DNA of 15,609 nt from an uncultured Polyangiaceae bacterium (GTDB lineage Bacteria > Myxococcota_A > Polyangia > Polyangiales > Polyangiaceae). The translations under genes and the position numbers were made by a program. The stretch is taken from contig CAXSGJ010000030.1 in the NCBI GenBank assembly GCA_964236865.1, positions 36,210-51,818 on the forward strand, given 5' to 3'. Numbering within the stretch: position 1 is the stretch's first letter; each line of letters opens with the position of its first letter. The notes beneath the pieces are model-generated. The model was not told the DNA's origin. It saw nothing but the letters and a program-made list of their open reading frames with translations, and ran no database searches. Positions 7,248-13,619 of this stretch are shown piece after piece.

Positions 7248-8302
7248 GGAGTCGTAACCAGGCCCTTCTCTGAAGCGCGTTCGAACAAGCGCACGCTGTG
7301 ACCGTCCGGGTCTCGGACCAGGGCCGCACGCGCCACGTCGGGCCCCAAAAAGCGCCCGCCGAGCGCGCGGCCGGGTACGTCGCCGCCGCTCGCGCGCAGT
7401 GCACGGAGGCTCTCGTCTAAGTTCGGAACCTCGAGCACGATCTCCCAGTGGGAGGTGTCGGCCGCTGTGCTCACCGGGAACGGCAACCCGGGTCCTGGAG
7501 ACAGGTACTCGAGGAGCTCGATGCCCGGGCCCTGCGCGCCGCGCAGGGAAGTAATTTTAACGCGCGCGCCGGCTACCCCACTCAAGAGCTCCTGTTCGTG
7601 ACCCTCGTTCAGGCTCTCGCTCATCACGCGCAGGCCGAGCGCATCCCGATAAAATCGCAAACTCTGAGCCGTGCTGCGCGTCGCAATCGCCGAATGATCG
7701 ATGCCCAAGAAAATGCGATTCGTGTCGCTTTGCCAACGAGGGTCGCCCTTGCCCTTTGGAAACTGAATCAGCTCCATGAAGTGTCCCTCCGGGTCGCGGA
7801 AATAAAACGCGCGGATGCCGGCGGCGACCGGGTTACTGGCGGGCAAGGTTTGAGGAGCGGACGAAACCGGGCGCATGCGTGTCATCGCCAAGCGGCGGTA
7901 TGCTTCATTCATATCGCGCACGACCAACGCCACGTGCTCGAAGCCGGTGTCATTGGCGCGCAGCACGTCGACCGCCCGCGCGGGCGGCGTAGAAAATTGC
8001 CGGAGCATCAGCGCCTGTTCGCCGAGGTGCAACGTCAACTCATGCGCTTGCCCGTGCGGCACCGAGACGAGCTCTGCAAAGCTAGGGCCCGACAGCTCCT
8101 GCACCGGCCCGGATATCATGTCGAACGCCGTCAGAAACGCCCGCTCGGACTCGATGTCGAGCACGGTCATCTCGAACGCTGACACCGCAGCTGAACTTTG
8201 CGCCGCGCGAGGCGAGCTCGGGACGGGCGCGGCCGCACAGCCAGTTACAATGAGAGCGAGCCAAACACGCATGAGGAGTATGCGAGTTACGGGCCTCTGC
8301 AC
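7244..8302 (-). CDS. VOC (glyoxalase/bleomycin-resistance/extradiol-dioxygenase fold) family protein, two tandem VOC modules, probable lipoprotein.
   Basis: 352-aa ORF. It has repeated VOC-type blocks (FEHVALVVRDMNEAYRRL ... GHFMELIQF, and IDHSAIATRSTAQSLRFYRDALGL ... PGIELLEY ... DGHSVRLFE). The N-terminus ..MRVWLALIVTGCAAAP contains a lipobox (V-T-G-C). The track start is GTG at 8302. The internal ATG at 8272 would give a shorter, classical lipoprotein signal. Confidence 0.86.
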   Translation of the reverse strand: MQRPVTRILLMRVWLALIVTGCAAAPVPSSPRAAQSSAAVSAFEMTVLDIESERAFLTAFDMISGPVQELSGPSFAELVSVPHGQAHELTLHLGEQALMLRQFSTPPARAVDVLRANDTGFEHVALVVRDMNEAYRRLAMTRMRPVSSAPQTLPASNPVAAGIRAFYFRDPEGHFMELIQFPKGKGDPRWQSDTNRIFLGIDHSAIATRSTAQSLRFYRDALGLRVMSESLNEGHEQELLSGVAGARVKITSLRGAQGPGIELLEYLSPGPGLPFPVSTAADTSHWEIVLEVPNLDESLRALRASGGDVPGRALGGRFLGPDVARAALVRDPDGHSVRLFERASEKGLVTTP

Positions 8303-8408
8303 ACGCAGTTACGAGAAAACTGCGGCTGCCTGAGATCCGGACCGCGGGTCTGAACTGAGGCAGATTGCCGCGTCGTGAATCGGAGAAAAGAAGCCAGGGG
8401 CGCAAACC

Positions 8409-9254
8409 GTGGCCGTACTTCCCCGTACATTCAGGGTGCGTCTAACCTTCGTCGTCCCCCGCGCTCTCCGGCGCCACTGGATTGAGTACTCATTCGAAGC
8501 CCTCGGTTTGGCGGTCTTCATGCTCTCGGCGTGCTTGATCACGGCTTTGCTGGAGTTTCCGAGCTCGGGAGTGCACCGTGCTTTGCCAAATGAAGACGTC
8601 CGGCGTGCCCTATTGGGTGTTGGCATGGGCCTGACCGCGGTGGGCATCGTGTACTCGCCGCCGGGTCAGCGCTCCGGCGCCCACATCAATCCCGCTGTGA
8701 CCTTGGCCTTTCTGAGGCTCGGTAAGATCGAACCGGTCGATGCATTCTTTTATGTGCTTGCGCAGTTTGCCGGCGGCGTGCTCGGTGTGCTGCTCTCGCG
8801 CGCGCTCATTCCGCATGAAATCGCCGACCCGGCGGTGCGCTTTGCGGTCACCGTGCCCGGAAAACACGGCGTCGCGGCCGCGCTGGCCGCCGAGCTCGTC
8901 ATCTCGTTCGTGCTGATGAGTGTGGTGCTCACGGTCGGCAGCATCGGCGCGGCGGCGCCCTTCGTTGGGCTGGCGACGGGGTTGCTCGTGGCGCTGAACG
9001 TGTTTTTTGCTGCGCCTTTCTCCGGCTTCGGTATGAACCCCGCGCGCAGCGCCGGATCCGCCGTCGTGTCAGGGGTTTGGACCGCCTGGTGGGTGTACTG
9101 GCTCGCGCCACCTGTGGCCATGTTGGTGGCCGCGGAGGGCCACTGGCGCCTGCGTGGCGCGCACGCCATGGCATGCGCCAAGCTCCATCACAGCTCGCGC
9201 CTGGCTTGCATTTTCTGTGACTTTCAACCGAAGGCTTTGGAGCACAAACCATGA
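8409..9254 (+). CDS. MIP/aquaporin-family channel protein.
   Basis: Both hallmark NPA boxes are present and in frame: HINPAVT (NPA at 8688..8696) and GMNPARS (NPA at 9036..9044). They are flanked by six hydrophobic segments. The GTG start at 8409 is the longest option and the true start may be a little downstream. There is an unusual Cys/His-rich C-terminal tail. Confidence 0.93.
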   Translation: MAVLPRTFRVRLTFVVPRALRRHWIEYSFEALGLAVFMLSACLITALLEFPSSGVHRALPNEDVRRALLGVGMGLTAVGIVYSPPGQRSGAHINPAVTLAFLRLGKIEPVDAFFYVLAQFAGGVLGVLLSRALIPHEIADPAVRFAVTVPGKHGVAAALAAELVISFVLMSVVLTVGSIGAAAPFVGLATGLLVALNVFFAAPFSGFGMNPARSAGSAVVSGVWTAWWVYWLAPPVAMLVAAEGHWRLRGAHAMACAKLHHSSRLACIFCDFQPKALEHKP

Positions 9255-11104
9255 CTGAGCCCTCGGCGAGTCGGCCGATCTCCGATTACGCCATCATCGG
9301 CAATTGTCGCTCAGCCGCCTTGGTTTGCAAAAATGGCAGCATCGATTGGCTGTGCTGGCCGCGCTTCGATAGTCCGCCGGTGCTGAGCGCGCTGCTCGAT
9401 CCAAGTGCGGGCGGCAGTTGGCTCATCGCGCCAGTCGGGCCGCTCGCAGCAAAAGGCACACGGAGTTACGTCGGCGCCACGGCCGTGCTCGAGACTCGCT
9501 TCAGTGATGAAGAGTCCGAGCTCGTGCTCACCGATGCCATGACCATCACTGACGGTGAAGATCAAGCGAGCGCGCTGTCGCCAGAGAATGAATTGCTGCG
9601 CATCGTTACCTGCACCCGTGGCCGGGTCGAGGTCGCGGTCGTGTTCGACCCTCGCCCGGACTTCGCGAGGCAAAGCAAGCGGGTCAAGCTCGTCAGTCGC
9701 GGAAAGCTCGGCATCCGAATGGAGGCGCCGGACGGCTTGCTCACGCTGCGTTCCGACCCGGAGCTCAGCATCGGCGCATCCGGCGCTAGTGGTCAGTTCT
9801 GGCTCTCGGAAGGTGAGTCTGCATACTTCTCGCTCACCCACACCGTCGATGCCCCGGCGGTCATCCCGCCCCTGGGTGATTGGACGCGCCGCGTGCTCGC
9901 CAGGACCCGCACGCTATGGGAAGAGTGGTCGCAAAAGACGCGTTACGAAGGTCCGTATCGCGAGCTCGTGTTGAGGAGCGCGGTCGTGGTCCGGCTCCTC
10001 GCTTACGCTCCCAGCGGAGCGATCGTCGCAGCGCCCACCACCTCCCTGCCAGAGACGATCGGCGGCAAGCACAATTGGGATTATCGATTCTGCTGGCTGC
10101 GCGACGCGGCCTTCACTGTGCGCGGTATGCTCGAGCTTGGCCACCCTGATGTGGCGGAGGCGTTTACGGGCTGGCTGCTGCACGCCACGCGGCTCTCGAA
10201 GCCCAAGCTCATGGTGCTGTATGATGTGTATGGCCGGCGGCCGCCGGATGAGCAAGAGCACGAGCATGTCGCAGGTTATAGCGGCTCACGTCCGGTCCGG
10301 ACCGGCAACGGTGCGGATGGGCAAGTCCAATTGGATTGCTACGGCGAGGTGATCGACGCGGTCTGGCGCGTGACGCTCGCGGGCATGCACCTAGACCGTG
10401 AGACGGCCTCCACCGTCGAAGCATTCGGGGGCTACGTTTGCAAACATTGGCGCGACCCAGATGCGGGGATTTGGGAGCCGCGGGAAGCGCCCAAGCAACA
10501 CACGCATTCGCTCGTGCTGTGCGCGGTGGCCCTGGACCGCTTGGTGGATTTGCAAGAGCGGGGTCACCTCCGGCCCCGTCATCGCGCGTTATTCGAAGCT
10601 GAGCGCGCCAAGATCCGCGAGCAGGTCGAGGCGCGTGGCTACAGCGAGGCTCTGTCGAGTTACACCGCTGAGCTCGACGGCGACACCTTGGATGCGACTT
10701 CACTGCTGCTGGGCTGGTACGATTACCAACGTAGCGACGCGCCGCGGATGAAGAGCACGTCCCGCGCGCTGCTAGCCCAGCTTTCGCCGGCCCCCGGGTT
10801 GCTGTATCGATACCGGCACGCGGAGGACGACGAGGGCGCGTTCGGAATCTGCGGCTTTTGGATGGCCGAGCACCTGGCTAAGGGGGGCGGGACGCACGAG
10901 GAGGCGCGCGTGGCCTTCGAGCAGAGCATTGCGTACGGAAATGACGTCGGACTCTTCAGCGAGGAATTCGACCCTAAGAGCGGCGCCGCGCTCGGCAACT
11001 TTCCTCAAAACTTCAGCCACGTGGGCTTGATCAACGCTGCCTTATCACTGGCTGACCGCGCTCAGAGCGATGCCAGCGCCACCCATCGAGGACACCTGCC
11101 ATGA
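9251..11104 (+). CDS. Glycoside hydrolase family 15 protein (glucoamylase/trehalase-like).
   Basis: 617-aa ORF. The characteristic bacterial GH15 N-terminus is ISDYAIIGNCRSAALVCKNGSIDWLCWPRFDSP. The catalytic-domain blocks are NWDYRFCWLRDAAF, DAGIWEPRE (general-acid Glu context) and GLFSEEFDP (general-base Glu context). The ATG overlaps the aquaporin stop codon (ATGA). Confidence 0.95.
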   Translation: MTEPSASRPISDYAIIGNCRSAALVCKNGSIDWLCWPRFDSPPVLSALLDPSAGGSWLIAPVGPLAAKGTRSYVGATAVLETRFSDEESELVLTDAMTITDGEDQASALSPENELLRIVTCTRGRVEVAVVFDPRPDFARQSKRVKLVSRGKLGIRMEAPDGLLTLRSDPELSIGASGASGQFWLSEGESAYFSLTHTVDAPAVIPPLGDWTRRVLARTRTLWEEWSQKTRYEGPYRELVLRSAVVVRLLAYAPSGAIVAAPTTSLPETIGGKHNWDYRFCWLRDAAFTVRGMLELGHPDVAEAFTGWLLHATRLSKPKLMVLYDVYGRRPPDEQEHEHVAGYSGSRPVRTGNGADGQVQLDCYGEVIDAVWRVTLAGMHLDRETASTVEAFGGYVCKHWRDPDAGIWEPREAPKQHTHSLVLCAVALDRLVDLQERGHLRPRHRALFEAERAKIREQVEARGYSEALSSYTAELDGDTLDATSLLLGWYDYQRSDAPRMKSTSRALLAQLSPAPGLLYRYRHAEDDEGAFGICGFWMAEHLAKGGGTHEEARVAFEQSIAYGNDVGLFSEEFDPKSGAALGNFPQNFSHVGLINAALSLADRAQSDASATHRGHLP

Positions 11105-11577
11105 TGTTACTTCACTGTGGGTTCTGGGGGCTCTTCGCGACGATCGTGCTGACGACCCTGCTAGCGGCCAGTCAAGGGCTCGGCTTCACGCGCATGAACA
11201 TGCCTTTCTTGCTCGGAACCATTTTCACGGCAAACCGTGATCGCGCCAAAGTCTACGGAGTGGGACTGCACTTCCTGCTCGGCATCGTGCTCGCGTGGCT
11301 GTACCTGATCACATTCCAAATCTGGGATGGCGCGACGTGGTGGAAGGGCCTGATCCTCGGTGGCCTGCATGCCTGTTTTTTGTTGACGCTCGGGGTGACG
11401 CTCCTACCCGGCATTCACCCGCGCATGGCCAGCGAGCAACAGGGCCCGACCGCATTGAAACAGCTCGAGCCGCCCGGGTTTCTCGGCATGCACTACGGCA
11501 ATCGCACGCCCGTCTCTGTGCTGATCGGTCACCTGATCTTCGGCCTAATCCTCGGCATTTTCTTGCCGCATCACTGA
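11101..11577 (+). CDS. Small integral membrane protein, about 4 TM segments, unknown function.
   Basis: 158-aa ORF with four clear hydrophobic stretches (FWGLFATIVLTTLLAA, GVGLHFLLGIVLAWLYLITF, LILGGLHACFLLTLGVTLL, VLIGHLIFGLILGIFL). The ATG overlaps the GH15 stop codon (ATGA), implying co-translation with the two upstream genes. Confidence 0.8.
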   Translation: MMLLHCGFWGLFATIVLTTLLAASQGLGFTRMNMPFLLGTIFTANRDRAKVYGVGLHFLLGIVLAWLYLITFQIWDGATWWKGLILGGLHACFLLTLGVTLLPGIHPRMASEQQGPTALKQLEPPGFLGMHYGNRTPVSVLIGHLIFGLILGIFLPHH

Positions 11578-11756
11578 CGGCCGAATCACATGCGGCCGCC
11601 TCGGTCACGGGCGCCGCTCTGGTTCGCGTGTCGGCGAAATCATGCGGCCGAGGGCCAAGGTGCATGCAGCCGCCGCGCGACCCTCAGCGCCCATGCCGTC
11701 GCCAGGCGCAGTCCGTGGCATGAGCGCTCGGGCGGATCCGAGCTACACAGAGTCCA

Positions 11757-12242
11757 GTGAAGCCGTTACACGAGCGGTTGTTGGACGTGCCGCAAGTCGG
11801 TTCGGTGCGCTGGATTGGCGTTCGGCCCGAGCACGGCGCGGACATGCGGGAGCTCGATGAGGTGGAGGCGGTCGAACGCCGCGGGCTGCTTGGAGACGTG
11901 GCGGCGCGCGCGCGGGTCGGCGGCAATCGGCAAGTGACACTCGTGCAGGCGGAGCACCTAGCCGTGTTGGCGGCTTGGCTGCGTGTCGCCGCCGTGCAGC
12001 CAGTGCAGCTGCGGCGCAACTTGGTGGTCGCGGGGATCAACTTGCTTTCGCTGCATAAACTCCAGTTCAGCATTGGCGACGACGTCATTTTGCTCGCCAC
12101 TGGCGCGTGCGCGCCGTGCTCGAAAATGGATGCCACGCTCGGAAGCGGCGGTTTTCAGGCCCTGCGCGGCCATGGCGGCATCACGACCCAGGTCGTGCAG
12201 GGCGGTTGGATCCGGGTCGGGGACCGCGTCCGCGTGTGCTGA
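11757..12242 (+). CDS. MOSC-domain protein (YiiM-like, molybdenum cofactor sulfurase C-terminal domain family).
   Basis: 161-aa ORF with a typical stand-alone MOSC layout: GSVRWIGVRP....GLLGD....NRQVTLVQAEHL....LRRNLVVAGINL....FSIGDDVILLATGACAPCSKMD....GGITTQVVQGGWIRVGDRV. This includes the invariant Cys context (CAPCSKM). The start (GTG at 11757) is uncertain by about 10 codons. Confidence 0.87.
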   Translation: MKPLHERLLDVPQVGSVRWIGVRPEHGADMRELDEVEAVERRGLLGDVAARARVGGNRQVTLVQAEHLAVLAAWLRVAAVQPVQLRRNLVVAGINLLSLHKLQFSIGDDVILLATGACAPCSKMDATLGSGGFQALRGHGGITTQVVQGGWIRVGDRVRVC

Positions 12243-12422
12243 GCTTGGGCACTGGTTCTGGTCCGCACCGCGACGCCGAAGGCTGTGCCGGTGCGCGTCG
12301 TGGAGCGTGACCATCACAGCCCTTGCAGAAGTGTTCGCGCGCGAGCGTTGCGGTCGGCCGCAACATCGGATCAACCGCTATCTTTCACGCCGAGGCGGGC
12401 CTAAAGAATTGAATTCTACGCG

Positions 12423-13382
12423 TCAGGCGTTGAGGGTGATCGCCTTCCAAGCCAGCAGTGCGCCGTCGCTTTGCTGTCGGGTGTTGAGGGCGACATCGCC
12501 CAGGGCGAGGTTTGATTCTCTGATGACTTGGTCGCTACTATTTTTGACGTAGCCCGCGCCGCCAGTCGGGTTGTAGTTGGGCTGCGTATCGTAGATAGAA
12601 GCTTTGAAGTCGTCATCGAAGAACAGCTGGGAGGTGAGGTAGGCCGCGGCGCCGACTGTTACCTTGAAGTGAATGTGCGTGGCGCGGCTGGCATACCAGC
12701 CCGGAAAGTTAGCGTCGAAGGTGACCCGCCCGTCGTTGCCCGCTGTTTGAATGCCGCGTCCCCACAGGGCGGCGGCTGCGGCGGCGCTGCCGCCTGTGCA
12801 GAAGGCGTCGTTGTTGCCGTCGATGTCGCCTGAGTAAACGCCCAGGGTATCGCAGGTCCAGATCTCGACGGTGGCGTTCGGTACAGGCTCGCAAGTGGCG
12901 TCCAGCACCAACAACTCCAGGCGCATGGGCAGGCCGGGATAGCCTTCACTCACGTCCCTGCGCGTGAGCAGGTGGCTCGTTGCATGACAGGGGCCGGCCG
13001 TCGCCGCCTTGTACACATTGCAGGTCGCGCCGATGCCGGACGCGAACGGATTACCGTAATCTTTGCCCGTCAAGATTGAGGTTCCGTCGCTTGCCCAAGC
13101 CTCGGCCGAGGTGCCAGCCGCGCCGGCGCTATCGCCGCCGGTGGCGGCTTCGCCCGCTCCGCCGCTGCCTGCTTCGCTGCCCTCCGTGACGGCAGCGCCC
13201 GCCGCGCCCGCGCCATTCATGCCTGCACCGGCTTCACCCGCACTGGCTCCGCTCGCGCCAGATCGGCCCTCGACGGCGCCGTCGAGGTCTGACGAGCCGC
13301 AGCCGAAGAGAGCGGCCGCGCTCAAGCTGCTGAGGGCCTCGAGGAGCCGCCGGCGCGAAGGGCGGTGATGTGATTTACTCAC
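12423..13382 (-). CDS. Exported intradiol ring-cleavage dioxygenase-family protein (dioxygenase_C-like) with a Tat signal, a lipobox and a Gly/Ala/Ser-rich linker.
   Basis: 319-aa ORF with GTG start. The N-terminus SKSHHRPSRRRLLEALSSLSAAALFGCGSS combines a twin-arginine motif (S-R-R-R-L-L-E) with a lipobox (L-F-G-C). About 70 residues of low-complexity G/A/S/E linker follow. The C-terminal domain has the intradiol dioxygenase pattern LPMRLELLVLDATCEPVPNATVEIWTCDTLGVYSG ... GRVTFDANFPGWYASRATHIHFKV. Confidence 0.85.
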   Translation of the reverse strand: MSKSHHRPSRRRLLEALSSLSAAALFGCGSSDLDGAVEGRSGASGASAGEAGAGMNGAGAAGAAVTEGSEAGSGGAGEAATGGDSAGAAGTSAEAWASDGTSILTGKDYGNPFASGIGATCNVYKAATAGPCHATSHLLTRRDVSEGYPGLPMRLELLVLDATCEPVPNATVEIWTCDTLGVYSGDIDGNNDAFCTGGSAAAAAALWGRGIQTAGNDGRVTFDANFPGWYASRATHIHFKVTVGAAAYLTSQLFFDDDFKASIYDTQPNYNPTGGAGYVKNSSDQVIRESNLALGDVALNTRQQSDGALLAWKAITLNA

Positions 13383-13619
13383 GATGAGTCGTCCTGCTGA
13401 TGTTCACGGTTTGTATGTGTCAGCCGGCGCGCGGAGCGATCATTCCCCGCGGCAGCAATCGCATGGCGAAATATCGGTGCGTCGATCGCCGGCCTTAACC
13501 GCGAGAATTAGTGAATGATATTCAACGTATGCTGACTGTCTGTGCGCAGGCTCTAGTGACATTTCTTGGCCCGCTGGCGGCGCTGCGCGCCGCGGACCGA
13601 GCTAGACAGTCGGAAGACC

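Noticed and set aside
12347-12364. A hairpin, GTTGCGG-TCGG-CCGCAAC, in the convergent gap between the MOSC and dioxygenase genes. A nearby AT-rich palindrome AGAATTGAATTCT lies at about 12404..12416.
   Set aside because: The position is right for a bidirectional terminator, but the stem is only 7 bp and there is no flanking T/U tract on either strand. I cannot support an intrinsic terminator call.
13534-13611. An 8-bp inverted repeat GACTGTCT/AGACAGTC encloses a 7-bp GC hairpin (13577..13593) just upstream of the topoisomerase III start codon. It could be a leader structure occluding the GGAAG ribosome-binding site.
   Set aside because: An 8-bp inverted repeat within a 240-bp interval is about what chance predicts, and short GC hairpins are ubiquitous at this GC content. 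No conservation data are available.
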